NCBI GenBank assembly: GCA_963664325.2
Contig: CAXXDQ010000005.1
Location: forward strand, 64,001 to 128,000
Direction: 5' to 3'
DNA length: 64,000 nucleotides
From: Desulfomonilia bacterium
GTDB taxonomy: Bacteria > Desulfobacterota > Desulfomonilia > UBA1062
In this document: positions 18,898 to 28,620 of the stretch, piece after piece
Layout of the letters: every line of letters starts with the position of its first letter
Position numbering within the stretch: the stretch's first letter is position 1
Program-made: the position numbers and the translations under genes
Notes under the pieces: model-generated
What the model saw: only the letters and a program-made list of their open reading frames with translations
What the model was told of the DNA's origin: nothing
Databases searched by the model: none

Positions 18898-18922
18898 TTT
18901 TACCTCCTTGAAATGATCTTGA

Positions 18923-20086
18923 TCACGCCCATGACTTGGGCAGGCCCTGGAATTGCATGAGCATGTTGCGGCTCATCTCGTTCGATATAGGCGAGAACTG
19001 GATCTGGTAGGCGTCACGGAGGAACATGGATACCGGGTATTCATTGCAGATGCCGTACCCGCCGAAAATCTCAGAGCCGAAGGTCCCTGCATGCCGCGCG
19101 CCTTCCGCCGCCACTAGCTTGGCCATGGTCGCCTCCAGATGGTAGGGCTTGCCGTGGTCGCAGAGCCAGGCCGCCTTGTAGGTCAGATTGCGTGAGTTCT
19201 CCAGGTTGATGTACATGTCTGCAAGGTAGTTCTGCAGGATCTGGAAACGGCTGATAGGCCCGCCGAAGGCATTGCGCTCCTGGACATATTTAAAGCAGTA
19301 ATCATAAATGGCGGCGATAATGCCCACGCCCATCATGGCGACGCCGATGCGCTCAGGGTTGAGAACGGTCATGATCTCGTAGAAGGCATTCCCGCGCCTG
19401 CCGATTGTATTTGCCTTGGGTACCTTCACATCGTCATAGAAGATTTCGACGCTCTCGCAATGGTGGCAGCTGATCTTCCCGACCTTGCGGATGGTTACGC
19501 CGGGCGTTTCGCGAGGCACCATGATGGTGCTCCATGACATGCTCTTCTTGACATCCTTCTCGGTCCTGCAGACCGTGAAAAGGGAGTCGGCCACATGAGC
19601 GCCTGTAATAAAGACCTTCTGGCCGTTGATCACCCAGTTGTCGCCACTGTCTTCGGCAAAAGTGGACAAGGCGCCGAGGATGTCCGTGCCGCCGCCTGGC
19701 TCAGTCAAAGCCATACATGTCTTGAACTTACCCTCAGCCAGAAGGGGCAGGTAGGTATTTTTCTGTTCTGGGGTTCCAAGCTCGTGAATAAAACGCAGAC
19801 CGAAGCCCATGGTAACACCCACGGCAAGCGCCACGGACATGGAGGCCTTGCATATCTGCTCGTACCCGATCATGGTATCGACCATCCCCAGGCCCTGCCC
19901 TCCGTATTCAACCGGCACCGGCCCGGATAAGATGCCGATATCGATAAACTTCTTCCAGAGCTCATCCGGCGGAAAGTCCACGTTTTCATCCATCCACCGC
20001 ACATATTCATAATTCAGTTCCTTTTCGCAGAACTTCTTAAAGGTCTGCTGGATCAGGAGCTGATCTTCATTGAAACTGAAATCCAT
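18923..20086 (-). CDS. Acyl-CoA dehydrogenase
   Basis: ALTEPGGGTD, INGQKVFIT, ERNAFG, FGGYG motifs. Confidence 0.93.
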   Translation of the reverse strand: MDFSFNEDQLLIQQTFKKFCEKELNYEYVRWMDENVDFPPDELWKKFIDIGILSGPVPVEYGGQGLGMVDTMIGYEQICKASMSVALAVGVTMGFGLRFIHELGTPEQKNTYLPLLAEGKFKTCMALTEPGGGTDILGALSTFAEDSGDNWVINGQKVFITGAHVADSLFTVCRTEKDVKKSMSWSTIMVPRETPGVTIRKVGKISCHHCESVEIFYDDVKVPKANTIGRRGNAFYEIMTVLNPERIGVAMMGVGIIAAIYDYCFKYVQERNAFGGPISRFQILQNYLADMYINLENSRNLTYKAAWLCDHGKPYHLEATMAKLVAAEGARHAGTFGSEIFGGYGICNEYPVSMFLRDAYQIQFSPISNEMSRNMLMQFQGLPKSWA

Positions 20087-20097
20087 GGGTAGCCTCC

Positions 20098-20925
20098 TTA
20101 CTTTTTCTCGTCCGAGGAGATGTTAGCCTCTTTCTGCGTGGCAACCAGGTCCTCGGGTTTTTTCCTGAATGTGTCCATAACCGCCTGGATGTCCGGGGCA
20201 TAGGTGAGCCACTGGACGGCGCCACGCTCCAGTGCAAGGGCTGCATCCAGGCTTCCGCATTCAAGGGAACGCCCCATGACCTCCTTGGCCATACGCAGCG
20301 CGATGATTTTTTTAGAGCTTATGTTGGCGATAACCTCAGCGAACTTTGCTTCGAACTCGTCGTCCTTGAACACACGGGTCAGGAAGCCCATTTCGTACAT
20401 GTCCCTGGCAAGAAAATCCTTGCGGCCGCTGTAGATAATTTCACGCGCCCGGTAGATGGGCATGGCGCGGGCGATGCGTACTGTACCGCCCCAGCCGGGC
20501 AGGATGCCCATGTTGATCTCAGTGGTGCCGAATTTTGCAGACTCCCTGGCATAGATAAGGTCGCACATGAGCGCCAGTTCGAGTCCGCCGGCCAGGCAGT
20601 GGCCTGCAACTTTCGCAATAACCACCTTTTCGCAGAGCTCGATCGCCTTTCCGATTCCATAGCCCTGATGCGCCAGCCAGTTCATGGATTCCATGTGCTC
20701 TGCCAATGAAGGGAATATGCTCAGGTCGCCGCCCGTGCAGAAGGCCTTGCCGCTTCCGGCCAGTACGACCACGGCGACACCGGCTTCATCCCTGACCTTG
20801 AGGAAGGCATCAAGCAGTTCGGAGGCCATCTCCCGGTTTATGGCATTGTACTTGTCCGGGCGGTTCAGCGTGATGGTACAGACCGGGCCGTTTATCTTGT
20901 AAAGGATAGTGGTGTAATCAGCCAT
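20098..20925 (-). CDS. Enoyl-CoA hydratase/isomerase (crotonase family)
   Basis: LNRPDKYNA, FCTGGDL, AGGLELAL, FG..E...G..PGWGG. Confidence 0.92.
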   Translation of the reverse strand: MADYTTILYKINGPVCTITLNRPDKYNAINREMASELLDAFLKVRDEAGVAVVVLAGSGKAFCTGGDLSIFPSLAEHMESMNWLAHQGYGIGKAIELCEKVVIAKVAGHCLAGGLELALMCDLIYARESAKFGTTEINMGILPGWGGTVRIARAMPIYRAREIIYSGRKDFLARDMYEMGFLTRVFKDDEFEAKFAEVIANISSKKIIALRMAKEVMGRSLECGSLDAALALERGAVQWLTYAPDIQAVMDTFRKKPEDLVATQKEANISSDEKK

Positions 20926-20940
20926 GACATGCCTCGACCA

Positions 20941-21354
20941 TCACTTCCGGACCGGCCTGAAGTACGGCAGGAAATAGCCTTCCCGTTCATGGAATACCAC
21001 CTCAACCTCCATATCGAACTTGATGTCCTTTGGGTCGCACTCTACGATGCGGGTCATCATGCGGATGCCCTCATCAAGGTCCACATAGGCGATAGTGTAC
21101 GGCAGTTCGTCCATGAATTTGGGCTCGACCATGCTGTAGGCAGTGGAGAAGGTGAAAATCCTGGCCTTGCCGCTGGCCTCGATCCAGTCCAGGTTGCTGG
21201 ACCAGCATTCGGGGCAGAATTTGCGCGGATAGAATATATGAACTTTGCAGTCCTTGCAGAACTGGATAAGAAGCTTACCCTGTTTTGTTCCTTCCCAGAA
21301 TTTCTCCGACCAGGGCTGCGTTTCCGGTACCGGTTTTTTCATTTCGAAATCCAT
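20941..21354 (-). CDS. DUF35 Zn-ribbon/OB-fold protein (thiolase partner)
   Basis: FWEG...CKDC...YPR..CPEC, VDLDEG; start at MDFEM with RBS AAGGAG. Confidence 0.9.
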   Translation of the reverse strand: MDFEMKKPVPETQPWSEKFWEGTKQGKLLIQFCKDCKVHIFYPRKFCPECWSSNLDWIEASGKARIFTFSTAYSMVEPKFMDELPYTIAYVDLDEGIRMMTRIVECDPKDIKFDMEVEVVFHEREGYFLPYFRPVRK

Positions 21355-21355
21355 A

Positions 21356-22537
21356 TCAGATCTCCTTTCCCCATATCGTGGCGATGTTGTTGAATCCCGA
21401 ACCGCCACCGGCGTTCTGGTATACGTATCTGCAGTTCTTAACCTGGCGCTCTCCCGCCTTTCCCATAAGCTGACGGGATGTCTCAACATAGGTGGCCGCG
21501 CTTACACCCGAACCGGTATGGCCCCGGCCAGGTGCATCGCCGATGGTTGACCATGGGATATCACCGCCGAAAGACATGCGGCCTTCAAGGAAGTATTTTC
21601 CGCCCTGCCCCGGAGGTGCCACCTCGAGCCACTCGCATACCAGGGGATGAGCCAGGGGATAGGCCAGATAGCAGTTCCAGAGGCTGACATCATCCTTGGA
21701 AATGCCGGCCTGGGCTATAGCCTCCCTGGCGGTTACACGGAAGCCTTCTTCAACCTTTTTAAAATCCCGCATGACACAGGTACCGCTGAAATAGCGCACC
21801 GAGTCACCCAGCTTATAGGCAGCCGGGCGCTTCATCTTTTTTGCGTCATCGGCAGAAACAATGACCATTGCGCAACCGCCATCACCCAGGACATTGCTCT
21901 CACGTTTGTGCAGGGGCGTGTTGAGCAGGTCGGAGGTCAGCACCTTTTCTACCGACGGCACGTCCTTGCCGTAGAAGAACGAGTTCGGGTCCCTGGATGC
22001 CCAGCTCCTGAGCGCCGTTACCACCGAGGCCATCTGTTCGGGCGTGCATCCAGACTCATGCATGAAGCGGTTGGCCATCAGACCCATGATGATATTGTAG
22101 GTCGTGCCATAGGGGTATTCCCACTGCAGGTCCACACCGGCCTTGGCGAAGAAGTTGATCTGATCGATAAGCGGGATGGTTGAATGAATCGTGACATGCT
22201 GCACAATCACAGCCTTTGCAACGCCGCTCGTTACCCACTGCTCAGCCAGTCGGATGGCATTCGAAGTTGAAGCCCCGCCGGCATTAACACTGACAGCATC
22301 CTTGCAGCCCTTGAGACCGAGTTCTTCCGGAAGCTTGCCGAAAGAAAGTTCAGCCGCGATCTTTGGCTGGGCCTGAGGGGTTACGCTGATAACGCCCTCG
22401 ATGTCATTTTTATTAAGCCCCGAATCCCTTACCGCCTCCATGCAGGTGTCATAGATGATGTCCCAGTGTGTTCGTTCCGGCCGGTTGGCGGTTGGCACCT
22501 CGCCAATGCCGATGATTGCGATTTTCCCTTTGCTCAT
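21356..22537 (-). CDS. SCP2/Ltp-type thiolase-fold protein
   Basis: IAIIGIG, GGAS in place of the catalytic Cys motif, DGG.A, GRGH. Confidence 0.88.
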   Translation of the reverse strand: MSKGKIAIIGIGEVPTANRPERTHWDIIYDTCMEAVRDSGLNKNDIEGVISVTPQAQPKIAAELSFGKLPEELGLKGCKDAVSVNAGGASTSNAIRLAEQWVTSGVAKAVIVQHVTIHSTIPLIDQINFFAKAGVDLQWEYPYGTTYNIIMGLMANRFMHESGCTPEQMASVVTALRSWASRDPNSFFYGKDVPSVEKVLTSDLLNTPLHKRESNVLGDGGCAMVIVSADDAKKMKRPAAYKLGDSVRYFSGTCVMRDFKKVEEGFRVTAREAIAQAGISKDDVSLWNCYLAYPLAHPLVCEWLEVAPPGQGGKYFLEGRMSFGGDIPWSTIGDAPGRGHTGSGVSAATYVETSRQLMGKAGERQVKNCRYVYQNAGGGSGFNNIATIWGKEI

Positions 22538-22580
22538 AAGCTCTCCTTTATTGATGAAATGAGTGCAATTAATTTATTAC

Positions 22581-22641
22581 TTGATAAACCGTACCGTTCG
22601 GTTCTATAGTATATAGTAATCTCATTATTCATGTCTGTCAA
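22581..22641. promoter_or_regulatory. Overlapping divergent sigma70 promoters with palindromic operator
   Basis: Minus TTGACA(22641)-17-TACTAT(22613); plus TTGATA(22581)-18-TATAGT(22610); inverted repeat AACCGTACcGTTCGGTT at 22587-22603. Confidence 0.65.
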
Positions 22642-22754
22642 TTGTGTTTAAAAAAATTATTTTTCGAATGAGGGGTGCATGCCATATTCCTTGGTAACAG
22701 GGCTTTATCGATGATATGGTTTATGAGATATCAGAACCGAAAGGAGTTGAATTT

Positions 22755-23615
22755 ATGCCGCGACATTCACGGCGCATGAAAATATCAGAGATAAGCGAGC
22801 AGACAGGGACAAGTCCCGCCACTATCAGATATTACGTCAGAGAGGGTCTGCTGCCCCAGCCTTTGAAGACAGGCAAGACAATGGCGTACTATGGCGACAT
22901 TCATATCGAGAGGCTTGATTCGATCAAGCGGCTGAAAAACGAAGGTCACGGCCTTAAATCGATAAAACAGAACCTTATGTCAAGCACCCAGATAATGCCA
23001 TCAGCCAGGAACGAGGTTTTTCATACGAGAACGCGTGAAACAATCATCACTGCCGCCGTCGAACTGTTTCGCGAAAAGGGATATGAGTCCACAGGCATAA
23101 TAGATATCGCAGCCCGTGCGCGGGTTGGTAAAGGTACGATTTATCAGTATTTCAAGGGCAAAGAGGACCTTTTCTTCGAATGCGCAGAGAGCATTTTTTA
23201 TGACATCGCCAAAGACGATCCTACTGTGAGGGATGAAACCGAAGGTTTCAAACGGCTATGGAACCGCTCAATTGCTTTAACTCGCACTACCCGGCACATC
23301 TTTGACATGCTTAATCTGGCACGCGGGGCATCCATCAGAGAGGACCCTCTCTACAAGAGCAAGCTTGAACAGATCATGCAGAATTTTGTCGAGCCGATCA
23401 AGGCCGATGTAGAAATAGCCATTGCCCAGGGCAGTATCCGCCCAATGGACAGCACTCTGATCGCGTACCTTCTCATTGGAGCCACTGAATATGCCGTCTA
23501 TTATGAAATCGATAAAAATCTTGATCCTGAAAAAGTTGTATCAATGGGTTGGACTATTGTCTTCGAAGGAATAGCAGTCAGAGGAAAGAACAAATCCTCA
23601 AAGGGTAAAAGATGA
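22755..23615 (+). CDS. MerR-HTH + TetR fusion transcriptional regulator
   Basis: MKISEIS...TIRYYVREGLL (MerR) then IITAAVELFREKGY...IAARARVGKGTIYQYF (TetR); RBS AAGGAG before 22755. Confidence 0.88.
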   Translation: MPRHSRRMKISEISEQTGTSPATIRYYVREGLLPQPLKTGKTMAYYGDIHIERLDSIKRLKNEGHGLKSIKQNLMSSTQIMPSARNEVFHTRTRETIITAAVELFREKGYESTGIIDIAARARVGKGTIYQYFKGKEDLFFECAESIFYDIAKDDPTVRDETEGFKRLWNRSIALTRTTRHIFDMLNLARGASIREDPLYKSKLEQIMQNFVEPIKADVEIAIAQGSIRPMDSTLIAYLLIGATEYAVYYEIDKNLDPEKVVSMGWTIVFEGIAVRGKNKSSKGKR

Positions 23616-24472
23616 GTACAGGAAAACGCATGAAGATATCGGAGTTCTCTTTTCTGACGGGTGTACCTGTCTCGACCATCAGGTATTATATATGGGAAGG
23701 AATCCTCCCTCCTCCAATCAAAGCGGGGCGAACACGCGCCTACTATAACCAGGAGCATATCGATGCACTTGGGCTTGTCAGGCAGAAACAAATCGTGGAG
23801 CACAAACCGCTATCAATCATACGTGAGGAAATGTCCCGTGTGTTCAGCCAGTCATGTAATGAAACCAATGATGAGAATATACCCACAGGAAGAAGGGAGG
23901 ACATAATAACATCCGCCATAGAGGTCTTCTTCGCAAAGGGTCTGACAGAGACCACCATCGCTGACATCGCTTCCACAGCAAGGATCAGCAAGGAGACCTT
24001 CTATCTGCACTTCAAGAACAAAGAAGAGCTTTTCATAGCCTGTGCCGATCGTATTTTCCATGAGATGTACAGAGATGTATGGCATGAGATAAAAAATGAG
24101 AAGAATATGATGCTACGTTTCCGCAAGCGCGCCATTGCCTATTTTTCCTCATATCCCCGCTGGGTAGTCATGATGAATCTCGTGCGAAGCAACGCAGTGG
24201 GAGACAATCCTGTCTTCAAGGAAAAGTTCCGCCAGGTCATAAGTGAAATCGTCGGCCCGATAACCCAGGACATAGAACGGATGCAGAAGCTCGGCGAAGC
24301 CCGGGATGATATCGACACCAACCTTGCCGGATATATTGTCATGGGAATGTCAGAATATGCAGCAGCCTTGATTCAACAAGGTCTATTTCAGGAATCTGAA
24401 ATAATTGAAACCCTGGATATTCTATTTCGGTCAGGCCTGAGTTCAAGCAACTCGTTATCCTTTACTGAATAA
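23612..24472 (+). CDS. Second MerR-HTH + TetR fusion transcriptional regulator
   Basis: MKISEFS...TIRYYIWEGIL and IITSAIEVFFAKG...IASTARISKETFYLHF; ATGA overlap with upstream paralog. Confidence 0.88.
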   Translation: MSTGKRMKISEFSFLTGVPVSTIRYYIWEGILPPPIKAGRTRAYYNQEHIDALGLVRQKQIVEHKPLSIIREEMSRVFSQSCNETNDENIPTGRREDIITSAIEVFFAKGLTETTIADIASTARISKETFYLHFKNKEELFIACADRIFHEMYRDVWHEIKNEKNMMLRFRKRAIAYFSSYPRWVVMMNLVRSNAVGDNPVFKEKFRQVISEIVGPITQDIERMQKLGEARDDIDTNLAGYIVMGMSEYAAALIQQGLFQESEIIETLDILFRSGLSSSNSLSFTE

Positions 24473-24825
24473 AAGGGTGTCCAAACATTATGATTATAGC
24501 CTCATGATTTAAATATATTTGTATAATAGCATTCTTATAATATCAGATCGCTGCAATTATCAGCGATCATTTTCTCATCAAGCCCTCCACTATAAATCTT
24601 AACTGAAAACCAAGACACAGCAGGTAAAGCAGGTAATGCAAGTTAGCTCAGGGACGATGGTACACTGTAGACTCCATATAACTATGGAAAATCGTCCAGA
24701 ATCCAATGATGAAAAAAAGAATAAATAACTTGAGATAATTGATGGATGAACAGGTATGAAGATTACAAACTGAGATCTATGATCAAGGAACAGACCATCG
24801 CAGTCCGGATTTCTAAAAGGAATAG

Positions 24826-25099
24826 CAACTCCTGCTTTTTCCCCAAAGTGGCTGCTCGCTGCAAACAAATAGATTATTGCATCGATCAAAGCCAGCACGT
24901 CATCAAGAAGGCCAACGGCGCCTTTGTTACAAACCTGATATTTCTTGCCCTGTAATCAAGAGATTTTACCTGCCCGGTCATGACAAATCCTCATGTTCTT
25001 CATGATGGATTAAGCTTTGCGGCGAGGTCTTCGAGTTCAGACCAGCGGGTATAAGCGGCATCGAGTTCAGCCTCCACTGCCTCGAGCCGTGCGAGCGCG
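24826..25099. repeat. Right copy of diverged direct repeat; island boundary
   Basis: Aligns with 541-815; includes last ~32 codons of uup-like gene. Confidence 0.9.
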
Positions 25100-26904
25100 T
25101 CATTGATGGTCTTTGCATCGCTTCTCGTCTGGAAAGAGGCGTCGTTAAGCTTTGCGGCGAGCTGCCGTTTTTCCTCTTCCAGCGATTCAATCTTTTGCGG
25201 GAGCTCCGCCAGTTCCCGCGATTCGTTGAAGGATAGCTTGGTCTTCTCCTTCGTCCGCGTCTCTTTCTTCGGCTGCTCCTTCCTCTTCCGCACGGGTTCA
25301 GGTACGGCAGGGGAGCGCTGCCTCAGGTAGTCGTCATAACCGCCCACGTATTCCTGCAAATTTCCGTTGCCCTCGCATGCTATGGTGGATGTCACCACAT
25401 TATTCAGGAACTCCCTGTCATGGCTGACCAGAAGCACGGTGCCCGTATATTCTACCAGCCTGTCTTCAAGCATCTCAAGCGTGTCCGCATCGAGGTCGTT
25501 GGTGGGTTCGTCCATAACGAGGACGTTCGAGGGCGTGCTGAACAGCTTTGCCAGCAGCAGCCGGTTGCGTTCGCCTCCGGAGAGCTTTTTTGCAGGCGAG
25601 ACGATCTGCTCCTTTGAGAAAAGAAAATTCTGAAGGTAGCCCACGACATGCCTTGGCGAGCCGCCCACAAAGACCATGTCGTTCTCGTCGGCGATATTTT
25701 CCCTGAGCGTCTTCCCGTCGTCGATCTGCGCCCTCAGCTGATCGAAGTAGGCGATCCTTATGCGCGAACCAAGCCTTATGCTGCCCTGCTGCGGATCGAG
25801 TCCTCCCAGAAGGAGTTTGAGAAGTGTGGTCTTTCCCGAACCGTTCGGTCCGATTATGCCCACCTTGTCGCCGCGGATGATTGTGGTGGAAAAGTCCCTT
25901 ATGATCGGTGTTTCCGAATAACCGAAGGTTATATCCATGGCATCGGCAACAAGCCTGCCGCTCGCCTCGGCCTGCTGGATGTTCAGGCTTACGCTGCCGG
26001 TCGAGTCTCTCCTCCGGGCCCTTTGTTCCCTCATCTGCATGAGCGCCCTGACCCGGCCCTCGTTCCTCGTCCTTCTCGCCTCAATGCCGCGCCTTATCCA
26101 GACCTCTTCTTTTGCGAGGTTTTTGTCGAATTCCCGCCTGTGCCTTTCCTCATCGGCAAGCAGGGCCTCCCTGCGTTCAGCATATGTGTCATAACCGGTA
26201 GCGAAGGAGATAAGCGCCCCCCGGTCTATCTCCACCATGCGGCCTGAAAGCCTTCTCAGAAACTCCCTGTCATGGGAGACGAACATGACGGTCTTTTCAT
26301 AGCCGAGCAGAAAGGCCTCGAGCCATTCGATCGAGGCGATATCCAGATGGTTGGTGGGCTCGTCCAGCAAAAGTATATCAGGGTCGTTAACCAGCGCCCT
26401 GGCCAGAAAAACCCTGCGCTTCATCCCTGCGGACAGTATTCCGAATTCCGCGTTTTCATCAAGCCCGGTCCGGCTGATCACGGTTTCGATGTCTTTGTGA
26501 TAATGCCATGCGCCCGAGGTTTCAAGCCGCTGCTGGATGTGTTCAAGCTTCCTGATATTGCCGTCGCTGCCGTCCAAGGTAATCCTTGCGGTGAGGCCGT
26601 GGTACTCCTTCAGCAGTTCGATATGTCCCGGGCCGCCGGAGGCCACAACATCGTAGACAGTCCCCGTCAGGCTGTCAGGGACTTCCTGCGGGAGCATGGA
26701 TATTTTTATATCGCCGTTTTTTATGACGCCGCCTGTGTCCGGGACAAGTTCACCTGCAAGCATCCTCATGAGCGTGGATTTGCCGGAGCCGTTGCGGCCG
26801 ACAAGGCCGATCCGCTCGCCTGTTTCGATATTGAGGCTTGCCCGGTCAAGGACCGGCGGGCCGCCGAACCTTATTGAGACGTTATTTATCGTTAAGAGGC
26901 GCAA
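25000..26904 (-). CDS. uup: ABC-F family ATPase Uup
   Basis: Two ABC domains (GRNGSGKST, GPNGSGKTT, LSGGE, DEPTN), ARRTRNEGR linker, C-terminal coiled coil. Confidence 0.88.
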   Translation of the reverse strand: MRLLTINNVSIRFGGPPVLDRASLNIETGERIGLVGRNGSGKSTLMRMLAGELVPDTGGVIKNGDIKISMLPQEVPDSLTGTVYDVVASGGPGHIELLKEYHGLTARITLDGSDGNIRKLEHIQQRLETSGAWHYHKDIETVISRTGLDENAEFGILSAGMKRRVFLARALVNDPDILLLDEPTNHLDIASIEWLEAFLLGYEKTVMFVSHDREFLRRLSGRMVEIDRGALISFATGYDTYAERREALLADEERHRREFDKNLAKEEVWIRRGIEARRTRNEGRVRALMQMREQRARRRDSTGSVSLNIQQAEASGRLVADAMDITFGYSETPIIRDFSTTIIRGDKVGIIGPNGSGKTTLLKLLLGGLDPQQGSIRLGSRIRIAYFDQLRAQIDDGKTLRENIADENDMVFVGGSPRHVVGYLQNFLFSKEQIVSPAKKLSGGERNRLLLAKLFSTPSNVLVMDEPTNDLDADTLEMLEDRLVEYTGTVLLVSHDREFLNNVVTSTIACEGNGNLQEYVGGYDDYLRQRSPAVPEPVRKRKEQPKKETRTKEKTKLSFNESRELAELPQKIESLEEEKRQLAAKLNDASFQTRSDAKTINDALARLEAVEAELDAAYTRWSELEDLAAKLNPS

Positions 26905-26922
26905 GAGGGCCTGTCCTTGAAT

Positions 26923-27654
26923 TCAAATGAGTTTTTGCAGAACGGTAGTCCGGCTTTCTTCATAGTTTATATCTGGCGGCAGGTCCTTCCGGGAAGACAT
27001 TGACCTCGCCAGTTCGTCGCAGCGTTCGTTTTCATCATGTCCCGCATGTCCCTTTATCCATTCGAATATGACATCGTGTTTTTCGGCAAGTTCAAGCAGC
27101 GTTTTCCACAGGTCATAGTTCTCGGCAGGCTCATTCCTGGTGCGCATCCAGCCGTTTTTCCGCCATTTCTTTGCCCATCCTTCCATCATGCCTCTGACTA
27201 CATATTGCGAATCGGTACGGAGGAGCACCCTCACGGGTTTCTCAAATATGGCAAGGCCTTTGATTGCGCCTGAGAGCTCCATCCGGTTGTTTGTAGTCAT
27301 TCTGAACCCGCCGGAGAGTTCCCGGCGTCTGGGACCATCGATTATCACCACTCCATAACCGCCGGGTCCGGGGTTGTTGATGCTGCCTCCGTCGGAATAA
27401 ACAATTATCCGGTCATTTGCCTCAGCGGGTGCCGCTTTGGAATCAGCACCGGCGGCATGCCGGCCCGCGGACCTTAATGGCACCGGGTTTTTAAGCCAGA
27501 CCTCTGCTTCCTTCAGCGTCGGAAAGCCTTTGAACCTTGCGCCGTAAAAGCCGCGGACCTGGATTTCAGCGCCGTCAGGCCCGAACCAGGCATTATATAT
27601 GCCCGGCTTTTTCCCGGCGGCCACTGCGTAGAACTTTTTTTTTGGCTCAGCCAT
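26923..27654 (-). CDS. rnhA: Ribonuclease HI with N-terminal hybrid-binding (viroplasmin-like) domain
   Basis: KFYAV..GKKPGIY..W; YSDGG..NPGPGG, TTNNRMEL, TDSQY, WIKGHAG..ENERCD. Confidence 0.92.
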   Translation of the reverse strand: MAEPKKKFYAVAAGKKPGIYNAWFGPDGAEIQVRGFYGARFKGFPTLKEAEVWLKNPVPLRSAGRHAAGADSKAAPAEANDRIIVYSDGGSINNPGPGGYGVVIIDGPRRRELSGGFRMTTNNRMELSGAIKGLAIFEKPVRVLLRTDSQYVVRGMMEGWAKKWRKNGWMRTRNEPAENYDLWKTLLELAEKHDVIFEWIKGHAGHDENERCDELARSMSSRKDLPPDINYEESRTTVLQKLI

Positions 27655-27686
27655 GAAGCATTGCAAAAAGAAGGCTAGCGCATTTA

Positions 27687-28424
27687 TTAAAAAGGCTCGT
27701 CGTCCGACGGTTTCAACCCGACGCTGTAGGTGATCATGAGCTGGATGCCGTTGACGTCGGTCTGTCCCGATACGTTGCTGAAGTTCAGCCTGGACAGGAA
27801 ACCCCGTACTCCCACACCCATCCATGAATTGTTTTTAAGCCTGAATTCGATCCCGGTCCTGGCATACAGACCCGGTCCGAATGACGAGGAGTTGTAGCTG
27901 TCATATGTGGCTTGAGGGGTGCTTACGTATTCGTTGCTTTGATTGTTGTTCTGTCCGAACATCAACAGCGGCCCCAGTCCGCCGTATACGCGCACCCGCT
28001 TCGCAATCTCGGCGCTCACGTAAGGGCCGATAAAAAGATCCAGCAGGTAGAGCTGGTTATCGATATGCACTGAAATCGATCCGTCTCCGCCGCTGGCCCT
28101 TACGGAATCGCTCATCCAGCTGAAGAAGGCTCCGCCTTCAATGCCGAAGGCAACCGGGTTTTTTATAATGGGCATACCGCCGCTCACACCCAGAAGCGGC
28201 ATCCAGGTGAAGGTGGATGTTGCCTCAACTGACGGGTAATTTGAGCTCTGGTAATTGAGGTTCAGGTCCGAATAGCGGACCGCCCCGAGCATTACCTGGA
28301 CCTGTGACTGCTGAAACGAACCTGAGTCCTGATCCGAATCGTCACCGGCAAATAAAGGGGTCCCGCCCATGCATATTACAAACAACAGACTGACGATAAG
28401 TTTTTTTCCATACCATGATTCCAT
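27687..28424 (-). CDS. Outer-membrane beta-barrel protein
   Basis: Signal peptide, alternating aromatic/Gly beta strands; RBS GGAGGAG. Confidence 0.65.
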   Translation of the reverse strand: MESWYGKKLIVSLLFVICMGGTPLFAGDDSDQDSGSFQQSQVQVMLGAVRYSDLNLNYQSSNYPSVEATSTFTWMPLLGVSGGMPIIKNPVAFGIEGGAFFSWMSDSVRASGGDGSISVHIDNQLYLLDLFIGPYVSAEIAKRVRVYGGLGPLLMFGQNNNQSNEYVSTPQATYDSYNSSSFGPGLYARTGIEFRLKNNSWMGVGVRGFLSRLNFSNVSGQTDVNGIQLMITYSVGLKPSDDEPF

Positions 28425-28620
28425 ATACGTGCTCTCCTCCCGTGCATTATTAGTGAATATCCTGTGGTAGACGGTCAAGCTGCCCCTGCTGTGGTTATGA
28501 TGTACCGTTTGAATAAACTATGGCTATTATTGCGGAATTGTCAAGAAACAAGGTACGCAGGTATAACCGGGTGAAACCGGATAGATTCCTGAAGACATCA
28601 CTGGTCCTTTGTTCACTGTC

